Notes: generated from the letters alone by a model not told the origin. 64,000 nt of DNA from Marsupella aquatica (GCA_973895155.1 OZ316891.1:27255561-27319560), one strand, 5' to 3'; shown: positions 28,011 to 40,571, counted from the first letter of the stretch. Numbers and translations are program-made.

Positions 28011-28646
28011 TCAATCCTCCCGGACTAATTGACAAACGTCTCCGTATGTTTCTGGATCTACTTCCTCGAGAAAATCAACAGCTTCCATAAGGGCCGCAGA
28101 AGCAGAATGCACGACCGTATCCAGCGTCTTCCTCCATCTTTTATCGTGTTCTGTAAGTAATGTAGCGGTGGATAGCGATACTCCCAACAACGACGCCACA
28201 TCCTCAGCTGACTTAGAGCCTGCTTGAATAGAATTTCCCAGACAGCCCTTCAACTTTTTCACTGTCCGGGCCCTCGAGAGTACTCTGAAAGCCATAGGAT
28301 GAGTAGGCTGTATTGAACGCTTTCGACGAAGACAAATCACGGATCCCCACAGAGAGTCGGCAAACGCTGTTTCCAAGGTATTCCACGGTAGGCAAGAAGT
28401 ATCCACATCTTTCAAGTAGGTCGACATGTCCAAACCTTGCAAATATTGCACGGCCAATTTCGCAACTGAATGAAAACCTTCAGCATCACTTCCACAAGCT
28501 ACAATCCCGGCAGACGAAGTGCACTTCTGATGCATGTGCAACGGGGTGACAGTTTTGTCATCGTCTGAGGAAGTTCTTTGTGACACTGTAGTCGACATTG
28601 CACTGCTCACTGACTGCCCCACTTCCTCTTGGTGGAGAGAAACCAT
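28011..28646 (-). CDS. Hypothetical protein, 211 aa
   Basis: Uninterrupted ATG-started ORF with no domain recognised. Confidence 0.4.
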   Translation of the reverse strand: MVSLHQEEVGQSVSSAMSTTVSQRTSSDDDKTVTPLHMHQKCTSSAGIVACGSDAEGFHSVAKLAVQYLQGLDMSTYLKDVDTSCLPWNTLETAFADSLWGSVICLRRKRSIQPTHPMAFRVLSRARTVKKLKGCLGNSIQAGSKSAEDVASLLGVSLSTATLLTEHDKRWRKTLDTVVHSASAALMEAVDFLEEVDPETYGDVCQLVRED

Positions 28647-29541
28647 GTACGTATAGGCTCTGTGGTTAGAACGCTATGCCTCCAGCCTGAAACTACGAAG
28701 CCTCCGCCCCGCCTCCAGCAGACTTGCTCCGCCGAGCCTCAGTTCAGACTTCAGAGGGTGCGACACCTCCAGCTCTAAAGCCATAATCTAGGTCGACTCT
28801 CTTAGTTACCGGTGGATACACTGATTAGGGCATCTCCATTATTTCCGTGATATCCGGCCCTGACACGTTCCCGACACATTCAGAGTGCCATAACGTTGGG
28901 TCCTGACACAACATGGGGTATGGGGTAATTCATTTCCTTCTACAAGTCACGAAAAAGACAATTAATATTGTCCGTTGGTGCATCAGACAATCTCCGGTAG
29001 CTGCCGGTAGTTTTGTGTTTCGGAATAGTCTCCAACCACAGACTGGGTGTGAACAGTGTCCAACCAGACCCTGGGGAGTTAAGGCGACGCATTGGGTCTG
29101 AAAGGTGATCCGGGCAGATATCGGGTGCGGATGCCGTAGTTGGTGTTTAGCTTTCGATGAAAAGGGCTGTTAAGGTGGACGGCCATGACTTGATTAGGAA
29201 ATTTCAATAGCCAAGATTGCAATACAAGACCCTAATCCAATCGACGTCCCACATTGCAGTTCGTAAGAAATCGATGTCCCTCATACGCCCTTTTGTATGC
29301 CCGGGAGGCTTGTTGAAGAAGCCAGTTTTTTAAGGGTCTGGATATTTCCCACATAGTCTATCAACGGCCCACATCTGCCAATGGGCTGGCAAAGGACGGA
29401 GAGTACAGTAGCTAGCAATCACACATTTCAAATTTTTGCTGTTTCGAAAGAGTATAAGGAGAACAGAGTCCAAAGTGCTGGTCTGCTCAAACAGTTTTTT
29501 ACATTTCTGAACACATTGCAAAGTAAGATTGCACATGTAGT

Positions 29542-30132
29542 GTGCTGCCATTCTGCACAATTTCCTACTCACTGGAGACGGGCGGAGGTTCTTCGATAAG
29601 AGAATTTCACAGAGCTATGAGGGGCGAGATGAGGGGTGGGCAGACAGTCACGTTTGGTCCATTGTTGGGGTACATTGTGAATTTCGATGCGCCGAATCCT
29701 TATCCCATGAAGTTCAATTACATGGCCTGTACCGATATGAATGAGAAGAAGAACGCTACCTGTTTCAAAATGACCGAAGGACCTTACAAATGCGGGCATA
29801 ACTCCATGGAGAGCGGGTGTTGGATGGATCAGTTTAGGTTCGATTTGTTTTTCGTTGATAGTGGAGTTGCAAAAGATTGCCCCCCGTTGCGTGCCACTGT
29901 ATTTGAAGCAGGACGGGCCTTGCTGAGGAATATCAGTGCAGGTGATTTCAGCTTGTTGGAGGAGGAAGCTCAAGTCGCGATGGTCCGAGGCATTATTGAC
30001 AAGATGCCATTTGTTGAGATTGTCGTTCGTGTGCAGGATCATGGTGCTGTGATCCAACGTTTGTCATTTTTTAAGGGAAGGAGTTGTTGTTCGTCATACG
30101 CCTCGCTCACGTCGGAAATCTGTCATCTCTAG
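29542..30132 (+). CDS. RPA70 C-terminal-like OB-fold/zinc-ribbon protein
   Basis: YMAC..CFK..KCGH..FRFDLFFVDS..ATVFEAGRALL..SAGDF follows the Rep_fac-A_C pattern (Y.AC..C.K..C..Y/F...D....T.F..A..LL..SA.EF). Confidence 0.55.
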   Translation: MLPFCTISYSLETGGGSSIREFHRAMRGEMRGGQTVTFGPLLGYIVNFDAPNPYPMKFNYMACTDMNEKKNATCFKMTEGPYKCGHNSMESGCWMDQFRFDLFFVDSGVAKDCPPLRATVFEAGRALLRNISAGDFSLLEEEAQVAMVRGIIDKMPFVEIVVRVQDHGAVIQRLSFFKGRSCCSSYASLTSEICHL

Positions 30133-30731
30133 GCTCCCCCGAGATGAATCCAATTCTAATGGAGACAGCGTTGTAGTGTCACAAAATCCTGGGCGGGCGT
30201 CTAGCAGCACCTTCGATGCCTCTTATTTCCAGGCCTTGAAAGCAGGGGTGAAGGACATGGAGTCTCTTCTGCAATCCATAGATATTGGTGAGATTGAGTA
30301 GGGCCTCGAATACAGCAAAGTCTACTTTCAATGTTCTTCATGGCATCGAGTTCCCAATGCAGACCTATGTTACACTTACCCACTTTTGAATTACATGAAT
30401 GAAATTTGGGTATTCCCTGTTTATCTATTTTGCGTTGAAATCGAAAAGCATGCATCTAGGAGTTTCAGTGAGTGTTCTCGTGGCTGTATTTCATATGTTG
30501 TTTGGGCCACATCTATATACTCTAGCCATTAGGTCTTTCCTCCACGAAGAGCGAGACTTTCAGCAACGGCCACCATAGCTCTAATGTCCTGTCCGAAAAT
30601 GTAGCCGACGGCCAAATTTTCAGGAGAACGTAGCGACTGTATTAGCCATGCCCTTTCTGTGTGTGCGTTGTGTTGCCAGGGCAGTCCCTTTGTAGTACAC
30701 GGTATGTATAGGCACCTCCCATAGGTGAACA

Positions 30732-31703
30732 ATGTCATTTCAGGCTGTCGCTCTGCATCGAAGGTTGTGTTCAACTTTGCCATTCTCTGTTACAATGTCA
30801 CGTGAAGGGAGTCCAGAGCTGGAACAACGTCTCGCCATTGAGGGCTTCCATTACACAAAGGTTAAGGATAGAGTGGGATATCACAGGTTCTTCGTATGTG
30901 CAATGGGCTCCTGTCATCAAAAATACAAGTATGGAGGTAGGATGGAACAGCATGTTCGTCTGCACTTTTTTGAGAAGCAAAATAAGGAGTTGTGGCGCGA
31001 TCCCGTGTGGACACTCACTACAAGAGTGAAGGACATGTGGAATCTAAGGAAAATCTACGTTCGCTCTTGCATTATTGCCAAGGCAAACCTGGTGTTTCCA
31101 GTGAGGCCATCGCCTCCCAATCCTGGGGTTATGCCTCCATTGATAGAGTGTATGAAGCATGTAGTCCTTCCTGACCTGCACATGCATGCCTGGGATTCCT
31201 TGTTGGATATCAAGGCATTTCGTCAATTGAGAGCTCTAATTCGCAAGGCTGGGACTAGTAACTTGCTTTCTGAATGGCTGCCTCGTGTGTGTGAGTCAGT
31301 CAATGCCACTGACAAACAAATTGGTAGTGAATATTACTTCTCACAGCTGCACCTGAATGTGGTTGCTCATGCTCTGGGCCCCATCACAGCGCAAAGTTTC
31401 AAGAATATGGATGAACCTTCTAAGGTCATCCTTAAGAAACATTCTGAACTTGCCCTGTTGTGGATTGAAGCCAAGAAGAAGGTGCTGCCCAAACAACTTA
31501 TGAAATCTGGAAACGAGATCACAAAGTCAGTACATTGCAGAGGATTTGGGACAACTTCTACCAGGCTCATCGTAAAGCCTTTCCAGATTATTCGCATGAC
31601 ACAACAGTCTAACTTACATGTACTCCCTAACACCTCTAACATTGTGTATGTTTTGGCTTCTGCAAGTACATTGAAAGATGTGGGGAAAGATGTTGGTTTG
31701 TGA
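30732..31703 (+). CDS. Hypothetical protein with an N-terminal C2H2-like finger
   Basis: 323-codon ORF; FVCAMGSCHQKYKYGGRMEQHVRLH fits C-x4-C-x12-H-x3-H. Confidence 0.5.
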   Translation: MSFQAVALHRRLCSTLPFSVTMSREGSPELEQRLAIEGFHYTKVKDRVGYHRFFVCAMGSCHQKYKYGGRMEQHVRLHFFEKQNKELWRDPVWTLTTRVKDMWNLRKIYVRSCIIAKANLVFPVRPSPPNPGVMPPLIECMKHVVLPDLHMHAWDSLLDIKAFRQLRALIRKAGTSNLLSEWLPRVCESVNATDKQIGSEYYFSQLHLNVVAHALGPITAQSFKNMDEPSKVILKKHSELALLWIEAKKKVLPKQLMKSGNEITKSVHCRGFGTTSTRLIVKPFQIIRMTQQSNLHVLPNTSNIVYVLASASTLKDVGKDVGL

Positions 31704-32952
31704 ACGCTGCAACTTTTCTGTTTTGAGTGTTATTTCTTTTTTACAGGGAGAGCTGGAGGTGGATATCCATGATGATTCAGATGGTCCCAACAAAGTTGAA
31801 TACGATCGTGCTCCTCGCCCATACCGACCTCCAAACCACCCTGACCACATTCAAGATAACAACAGATTTCAAAGGGAGCACACATCATCTACCTTGTAGT
31901 CCCGAGTGGAGTTCTCCCATGGTACAATGGAGCGGCCTATCAACCTCAGTGATTGTGAATCACCAGAGGTCTTGCCAGAACTGACCTTAGGGAAAAGATG
32001 TCTTCCTCCTCATAGCTGCAAGGCTCGGGCTAGACAGATTAAATGAGAATTTTGATCTTAAAGTCCTGAAGTAAATAGAGGGAAAAGTTTGCTTCCACAG
32101 TCGCTTGCAAACGATGTAGACTCAGTAATGAAAAGGTTCAATTCCAGTTGTTATCGAGAGTTGTTTCATACAGCCAAACACTTGTAATTTCTATTTCAAT
32201 AAAGAAGTAAGTTCACTGAACATTCAAATTCGACCTCTTTACTGCATGATTCAAATTGAAGAATTGACATTCTGCTACTTTTGCTAGTTCTCTTTGTCAT
32301 TGGCCACTTGCTTCTGGTAGGACAGTGCTGATGCATTCCAAAACTGAAGGTCGTAGACATTGTTGGAGGGGCCGCCCATCTTTAAGGGGACATTTTGTGC
32401 CCATTCCGACATCCCATCGATATATTTTGCAGGCACATTCAAATCTAAGACTTGGAATGCTCTAACATTGTCAATTGGACTTGGACTCTGGATCACTGTT
32501 GTCTTCATAGACATGGACTGCTTCTGTTTTGTATGAACCCCTTTTCCCTTCTTTTCCTTTTCAGAAATTGTTGTGTTGTCTTGCATCACAATCACCTTCT
32601 GTTTAGTTCTACGAGTTTGTTTTCCTCCTGTGTTGTGATCTCTCGCTACCCTATCCAAAAAGTCTTGAGTGCTTTCCTTCAACACCACGATCTTCTTGAA
32701 TGGCAAAGCATTGAGTAAAGAGTTCTCCTACTCCATGACTTCCTTTTGTTCTCGTGTCTGCCTCTTTGCTAATGGCCGCTTTTGTCCTTTGTAAATATTA
32801 TCAACAATGCTTAGGTGCCTTTTCTGGCTGTTCTCCGGGTCTACTCGCTTCAAGGTCCTTGCCTTTGCACTTTGGAAGGCACGATCTTGCTTCCTTGCAT
32901 TCCGTGCCACGATGTTCTTTACTTCATGCCTCCAATTCTTTAGTTTTGTCAT

Positions 32953-33282
32953 TGTCACACCATTTAGAGTGGTAGTAAAGTATATCGTACTATCTAGGGT
33001 ATAGAGGTTTTGTATGTGTGCTATATGAGCACTTTGTGTTTAGTTTGAGTTGGTGTGAGGGATAGTTATCCCCTTGTGTTGGCTCAAAGGCCTCATCTTT
33101 CAATGTTGAGCCTTTGAGCATGAGCTTGGTGGCTATGGTGTGGCTGACCAGGTTGTGTGCATGTAACGTGGATTCCTTGAAGCACAAGGTGCGTTGGGCT
33201 TGACATATATGTGTGATTGAGTCGGACAGGAACGTTGTTGGATTAGCACTGATCATTATTCAATTTTATCCGTTGAAGATTA
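32953..33282 (+). repeat. Terminal repeat A1 (copy A2 at 42371-42700)
   Basis: First 265 bp differ from A2 at 1 site; last 65 bp at 10 sites. Confidence 0.95.
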
Positions 33283-33869
33283 CATTGAAAGATCACTGCA
33301 AGTTGATTCGAAGTTGTTTCAAAGCTTGCTGTATTGCAGAGTTGATCCATGGTAGCTTGGATTGTTGAGATCTTGCTGGTTGATTTGTGGCGGGATTTGT
33401 GGTAGCTCAAGTCAGATCAGCCGTTGGTAGATTGGAGATTGTGAGCTATTGATTGCTCTGAGAGTACAGCTTGGTGTTGTTTGAAGCTCTCTGATAGTTT
33501 GTTCATTGAAGTCCTCTCTGGAGTTGATTACCGGGATTGACATTTGGAGCTTCTCGAAGCTATGAGGGATTGATCGAAGATCAGAAGGCGTCTCAAGTGG
33601 TAGTTGCTACATTGTGTTTTTGGAGTTTAGTCCTTACCGATTGCATTGCAGCATCGCAAAGGCTATTGCGGATTTGAGATTCGTTGATGGATAGTACACT
33701 TTTACAAAGAAAGTGACAATCAAATGTTGGTGAATTGTGCTGTTGGTGTCACGATGGAGTCCGCGTTGCGACGAGGTGCGGCGACAACCTAGGGCACAAG
33801 GAAAATGACAATATTGTTGAACAATGTTTTGGTCCGAGAATTGCAGCGTGTTTTGTGGCGCGCCTTGTT

Positions 33870-34452
33870 TTGGACTGGGATCATCCGAGTCCAATTGTGG
33901 GTTGTCTCTTGAGAATCATTTTGACTCAAAGTTGGATTTGGATTGGGATCATCCGAGTCCAATCGTGGGTTGTCTCTTGAGACCTCATTTTCACTCAAAG
34001 TCGGATTTGGATTGGGATCATCCGAGTCCAATTGTGGGTTGTCTCTTGAGACCGCATTTTGACTCACAGTTGAATTTGGACTGGGATCATTCCAATCCAA
34101 CTATACATTGGTAACTTCGGACCCCATTTGGACTTGAAGTTGAAGTTGGATTGGGATCATCCCAATCCAACTGTACATTGACAATGTTGGAGACTTGATT
34201 TTGGGCGAAGGTGAATTTGGATTGGGATCATCCCAATCCAACTGAATGTTGGCGTGTCCAGAGACCTCATCTGGACCTTGAAGTGGATTTGGATTGGGAT
34301 CATCCGAGTCCAACTGTGTGTTGGCGTGTCCAGAGACCTCATTTGGACCTTGAAGTGGATTTGGATTAGGATCAACCCAATCCAACTGTATCTTGGCAAC
34401 TTCACCTGTGTAGAGGACGTGAAGGACTTGGATTGGGATCATCCCACTCCAA
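33870..34452. repeat. Array of nine 25-bp palindromes TTGGATTGGGAT-C-ATCCCAATCCAA with 67-72 bp period
   Basis: Copies start at 33870, 33938, 34007, 34076, 34146, 34217, 34289, 34361, 34428; an isolated reversed copy lies at 37604-37628. Confidence 0.92.
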
Positions 34453-35068
34453 CTTGTGGACCGGGCGTCCGGATGACTGTTGAATGGATTTGAATTGGAA
34501 GTTCACCCCGACGTAGCGAAATGTGGTGGGTGTGAAGGGCTCCCTCAGGCTCATCTCGGCGACTCGTGATGAGGGGCGTGAGGGCAGAACAAGAGCTAGA
34601 TCGGAGCGGGCCGCAAGGTAGCTTGCGGGTACGTGAGGAGTAGTTGACAATTGGTTGGTTTGGAGTGCCTAAGTTGGTGCATAACTCCAAGGGGGGAGGT
34701 CACCCATCCCAAAGCTATTCCTCCTACGCGTGCTTAACCATGGAGTTCTTATGGCATGCAGTGTACACACAAGCTTTCACAACTTGTTGTCTAAGTTAAA
34801 GGGCCAGGGGGCTTTATATACTTATTAGTTTGTCTAGAGACCTGTTTTGGGCCAAATCAAAAGCTACTTAGAGGTTTTTGATATTTCTGAATCCATCTAG
34901 ATGCATAGATTGGATCAATTTTGCATGGATTCTTAGCTACAACCTTGGGGCATTGTGAAGCCTATTATGAAGGTGATGGTGATGATTTAGGGCAGATTTG
35001 TTATCACGGATTCTTCGGGTGCTACGGGGCTGTTTGGGGGACAGAGGACCGGTTTCACTCGAAGTGGG

Positions 35069-37400
35069 GTGCCATTTCGACCAACAACATTGATAGCAAT
35101 TGCAAGTGCAACTTCAGATAGTGATTCTAACGAGGACTCTGGGACCAGTTCTCCTTGTCATCGGGTGATTGCACCTTTGTTGTGGGATATGGAAGAGATG
35201 TACGGGGCTACAAAGGGCCCACGACGATACTCTGGTGCAGTTGGCACGATCGATCTGGATGACTTCATCCAGGAGTTTGATGCGTGGTGCGATATGCAGT
35301 CATTGCGTAATGCCACATTGTTTACCCCTTTCATGGTATGGAAGAGATTATTTCAGCATTTGGAGGGGCCACCCATGGATGATTACCATGAGTTTTGGAA
35401 GGCTCATTTGGTCGAGATTGAGGCATGGAGGCAGCATTGGTCGCCTAATTATGTGTCCATCACGTATGGCACTAGAGCAGCTGCCCAACCCATTGCTACA
35501 GCTGTTGCTTCTTCTAGTAGCACTAGCCAGAGTGGCACACCATCTACCAGTACCACTCCATCAACATCCATCGCTACTCCTACCGGTGTGATTGTGACAG
35601 GGGTTGGAGTTGCGCCAACATTTAACCCCGTGGTGGAGTTCTTTGAAGTATTAAAGCAAAACTATCAGGGTGTGAGGACTGATAAGTTGAAGGGTCTCCA
35701 GGATTTTTAGCGCAAGACTGGAGAGAGTCTACGTGAGGCATACACTCGTATGCGTAGATTAATCACTGTCACCAAGGGAGTGACAGAGGCTCAGGCAGTC
35801 CAATTTTGGTATGCAATTCTGGATAGAGAATTGCAACGTAGAGTGAGAGATGTCACTTTGCTTAGGGATGCAAATCCCACATTGGCAGTTGTTTTTACAC
35901 TTTCTGAGCGAAATATGGTGAATGAGAAGGTGGTGACTTTTGGATTGCCAAGGAAGCACCAAAGGCTGCATCTACATCTACACCACAGCCTACTGCACGG
36001 AAGAGCCAAAGGGAGAAGCCTATTGCACGAGAGTCTACCAGTCAGAGACTTGTGCCTTCCTATGCAGGACAGTAGTTAAGATGTTGGACCTGTGGTGGGG
36101 ATCATGCACAGCGGTGCCTAATCATAGAGGGTCAAGAGGAGCCTCAGCACCTGATCAGCGGCAGTGTGATCATTGTGGAGCTCCTGGACACACCAAGGAT
36201 AGGTGTTTTTTACTCCATCTTGAGTTACAGAGAGGAGGACAACGCACACATGATCAGGGAAGAGGAGGTAGAGGTGGTGGTCGTGGCCGAGGTATGCCAC
36301 ATGTAGCAAGGCAGGGAGGTGATACTGCTCCTGCTGTGACCACAGATCCTAAGGATGCTAAGATTGCTCAATTGGAGCAACAACTAGCTGCTAGTTCTCA
36401 AGTCAGACTTGCTTCTAGGATGGGGCTTCCACATCTTATGGAGCTGATGGGGACCTTGTCACCATGGGATTCATGTGTGGCACTGCACATATTGATGCAT
36501 CAGCAGCTTTGACACGTGGAGCAGCCAAAGCTTTTGAGCCCCAAGGAGCAGTAGTGGAGCTAGATCCATAGAGGGGGGATGCATGTCGGCAGACAAAGCT
36601 TCCTCAATCTTTTACATTGTTAGAGACAGTTCAGACTGCCTCTATGAACCTGGTTCGAACAAACCCTAGTGTGGGTAAGTTGGCAGAATCAGGTAGTGAT
36701 GCAGCAGGGATGATTGGTACCTTGTTGGGGGCGGCTACTACCATAGTGTGCACCCCATTATTTTCAGCGATAGACATGTTGAACTTGGAAGTTGGTCCTG
36801 CATAAGTGTTCAAATTGGCAGCTACACTCTGTGAGGACACTCCAGTTGTTGCTACCCATGCAGAAGCAACTTGCAGTGTTGAAGCAGTGAAGACCATGCC
36901 ACCTACTGCTACTAGTGAGACCTGGCATGTAGCAGCAGCAAGGTTGGTGGATTTACCAGCACGCCCTGCATTTGAGAGGACTAGGTTTAAACCTAGTGTT
37001 GTGTCATTGGATAATCGGAGTGGTATCTTTCGATTAGTTGGGCCTTCTGGAATGGTGTACCAGCCAGAGAGAGTGTTACTGGATACTGGTGCTCAGCCCT
37101 TGATGTTGGGAAAGTCTGCCATATGTGGATTGGGATTGCGTCTAGAGGATTTGGAGGATTGTCCCTTTCCCATTTAGACTTCATTGGGGGGACCTACACC
37201 TACACCTACATAGCACATCACCAGGAGACCAATTGATTTGAGGATTCAAGAAGGTCATGCGACAGATAGCTCACAAATACAAGCGCGAGCTATTTTGACT
37301 AAGGCAGAGTCATATGATGTGTTAGTGGAATATACAGTGCTCTACCCCATGGGATTTATTCTTGATTTTTGGGATGAATCAGTGTCATATAGACCTGATT
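35069..37400 (+). pseudogene. Gag-like region with CCHC knuckle plus aspartic protease
   Basis: RRYSG..DLDDFIQEFDAWC; ESLREAYTRMRRLI; CDHCGAPGHTKDRC; RVLLDTGAQPLMLG; YDVLV; several stops and frameshifts. Confidence 0.8.
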
Positions 37401-37816
37401 GGCAGTCAGGAGATGCTCGATTGAGCAGGTTGCCAGTGCAATTTAGTGGACCTGTGGGAGGCCCTAAATCCATACTATTGTCTTTGGCAGCATTCAGTGG
37501 TGTGATGACTGGACCTGATGATTTGATTGAGGGTAGTGCGCATGCAGCAGATGTTCCATCAGTGGAGGAGTCACATGAGGAGCAGATGGTGCGAAGGAGC
37601 AACCTGGATTGGGATGATCCCAATCCAACTAGTGTTGTGCCACCAGTATGGGGTACTGCACAGGCCTTGCCGCAGAGGGCAGCACAATTGGTACATGATG
37701 CATGGCGTCATGCTTTTACACCACAATCCGGAGTAGAGCAGTCTCCTACAAGTGGGCCAGTGACTCTTTCACTATTCGATACCACTCCTATTGCATGGCA
37801 GTATCTACCAGAGGGT

Positions 37817-38770
37817 ATTTGTTTGTTGGATCTATTTGGTGGGATTAGCACTGGATTGGCTGCTATTCTTGAGGCAGGAATTCCTGTGCGTCGCTACTTG
37901 TATGTGGAGACAGATGAGACAGCACGGAGAGTCTCATTGCACCATGTGGCTATGTTGGTGGATTATTATCCATAGTTGTTGCCAGTGGATACTATTCATG
38001 GCTATCAACATGCACTGCCTGCTGATATTTCACTGTTGGGGGCGGATCATTTGGATCGCGTTGGCCCCATTGATTTGGTGATTGCTGGTTGGCCATGTCA
38101 AGGCCAATCTAGAGCTGGAGTTGGACATGGACTTCATGATCCACGCTCTGCATTGTTTTGGGAGATGTTACGGGTATTGCGTCATCTCCAGTTACATCAA
38201 ACACATTCCCCTGTCTACATTTTGGAAAGTGTGCCATTATTGGGTGATGAGCGTCATCGACTTGTTGCTAGTGTTCATCAGGTCAGATCTTGGATTGGGC
38301 CTGTTGTGTTATTGGATGCTGCACATGTGGGTTCTCGTGCACATCGTCCACGCTTGTGGTGGACTAATTTGTTACCTTGTGAAGTGTTGAAGCGAGCATT
38401 TGATAGCATTCCTCGCTCAGCATCCTTGGTGGTGGATGATATTTTGGATCCAGGGCGTTGTGCACAACAAGTGACCCAGTCTGACAGGCCTCCATTGGCA
38501 GTGGTCAATGTAGTTGGTCGCCCGCGTTGTGCATTACCCACTTGTGTGAGTCATTCTGCTTCATATGCATTTAGAGCAGGTGGGCCTGGACTTGTGTGGG
38601 ATACAGCGCTACAGCAGTTAGTGGACCCTATTGCTGATGAAAGAGAGCGTGCTATGGGATTTTTGATAGGCACTACTGTAGTTGCCTCAGTGTCAGAGAG
38701 TTCACGCCGCCAAGTCCTTGGTCAAGCCATGGATTTGAATTGCTTGACTTGGATTATCAGCTTGGGATTA
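37817..38770 (+). pseudogene. Retroelement-encoded C5 cytosine DNA methyltransferase domain
   Basis: Motif I LLDLFGGISTG, II YVETD, IV IAGWPCQGQSRAG, RSALF, VI ILESV, VIII RAHRPRLWW, IX ERERAMGF, X RRQVLGQAM; a single in-frame TAG at 37973-37975. Confidence 0.92.
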
Positions 38771-39002
38771 GCTGAACAGTTGCGGATGCGCTCTGCTGGT
38801 GTTACTGATCGTCCATTAGTGAGCTTGCAGTCCACTGAGACAGTGATGACCACAATTGGGGGCGGGCAGACAGTCCATGGACCTATGGCAGGATTGGGCC
38901 AAGGCTGGACAGATTGTTGAGCAGGAAGGGACTACTCAATCTACTGCTAAATAGCAATCATCGGTTATCTCTTCTACCCTAAAAAAAGATATTAGGGATC
39001 TA

Positions 39003-40571
39003 GTGGAGAGTTGGGAGCCACAGATTGGTCCTAAGTTGACAGGGGAGGAGAGACATCGCATGCATCGATTCCTGAAGAGTTATTGGAATTGTTTTGCATT
39101 CAGCATGAAGGATTTGGGGACATTGAAGGGCCCTGGTATTCAGATTGAATTGGCTAGTGATGCACCAATCTTTCGTAGACCATACCGCTATATTGACATG
39201 GAGAGAGCTCTGATTCAGAGTAGAACTCAGGATTTGTTGGAGGCTGGTTTGGTGGAGAAATCATATAGGGAGTATGCATCTGCCATAGTGATGCCAGCCA
39301 AGAAGGATGTGCATGGTAATTACACGGATAAGCGCATGTGTGGTGATTACTGACCTATTAATCGTCAGACAAAATATGATCGATATGCCATGCCCACACC
39401 TGAGGAGATCTTTGATGTAGTGGGGCATGCAAAGGTTTTTAGTTCATTGGATCTGAGGGCAGGGTACCATCAGCTTCCAATCAAACATTCTAACAGGTCC
39501 AAGACAGCATTATGGGGAATTGATTCTTATGGCAAGGATCGTTTATATCAGTGGTTGTTCTTACCATTTGGGTTGAAGAATGCACCAGCTGAGTTCCAAA
39601 GAGTCATGGATCGAATTCTTGCAAGTTTGTATTTTGTTAGATGTTATATTGATGATATTTTGGTTTATTCTTCTACTATGGAAGAACATCAACGACACTT
39701 GCAGATTGTGTTTGAGAGGTTGAGGGAACATGGATTGAAGCTCCATCCTGGCAAGTGTAAGTTCTTTCAAGAACAGATTGAGTATTTGGGCCACACTATA
39801 TACCCAGGGGGATTGGGTGTACAACAGACTAAAGTGGAGGCTATTACACAGATTCCTCGTCCTACTGATGTGAGTAGAGTTCATGCATTTTTGGGATTGG
39901 CGAGCTACTACAAGAGGTACGTTAAAGGATTTAGCCAGCTTGCTAAACCTTTAACCATACTCACTAAGTTGGATCAGGAATGGATTTGGGGTGATGATCA
40001 GGAGCATGCCTTTCAGGAGTTGAAAGAAAGATTGGCATCATCCCCTATTTTGAGAAGACCCATTTTAGGGAGAATATTTCAGCTACACACTGATTGGAGT
40101 GGAGTAGGACTTGGAGCAGTGCTAACTCAAAAAGATGATGAAGGGCATGAGTTTGTTGTGGCATATGCCAGTAGATCAAACAATTTAGCAGAGGCTAAGT
40201 ATAGCTCTTATGAGGGAGAGTGTTTGGCAACAGTGTGGGCTGTGGCACACTTCCGTTGTTACTTGTTTGGTAATCCTTTCACTTTGATCACTGATCATCA
40301 GCCTCTCAAGTGGTTAATGGAGTCTGACAAGCTTACTGGAAAGCTTGCAAGATGGGCATTGTTGTTGCAAGAATATGATTTCCAGGTTGTACATAGACCT
40401 GGAAAGGTGAACTTGGATGCAGATGGGTTGAGCCGCAATCCATGTACCAGTCAGCAGGATGAGACTGGAGCCAGATGGCATGGTGAGCCAGATAAGGAGA
40501 TTTGCCAGGATGGCATGCATCTACCTTCCTTTGTTGGGTTCCAGCATGCAGTGGATCTGTGGATGTTGTAG
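39003..40571 (+). pseudogene. Ty3/Gypsy reverse transcriptase + RNase H
   Basis: RMCGDY*, LDLRAGYHQ, PFGLKNAP, YIDDILVYS, YLGH, TDWS..LGAVL, ECLA, TDHQPL, ADGLSR. Confidence 0.95.

Noticed and set aside
33789-34442. Minus-strand LDWDDPNPN repeat protein
   Set aside because: The 67-72 bp period does not keep frame; the peptide is a by-product of the DNA palindrome
33870-34452. True CRISPR array
   Set aside because: Spacers are homologous to each other, there are no cas genes, and the array lies inside a eukaryotic retroelement
37973-37975. Programmed stop readthrough in the DNMT
   Set aside because: Many similar stops occur throughout the element; simple C-to-T decay explains it
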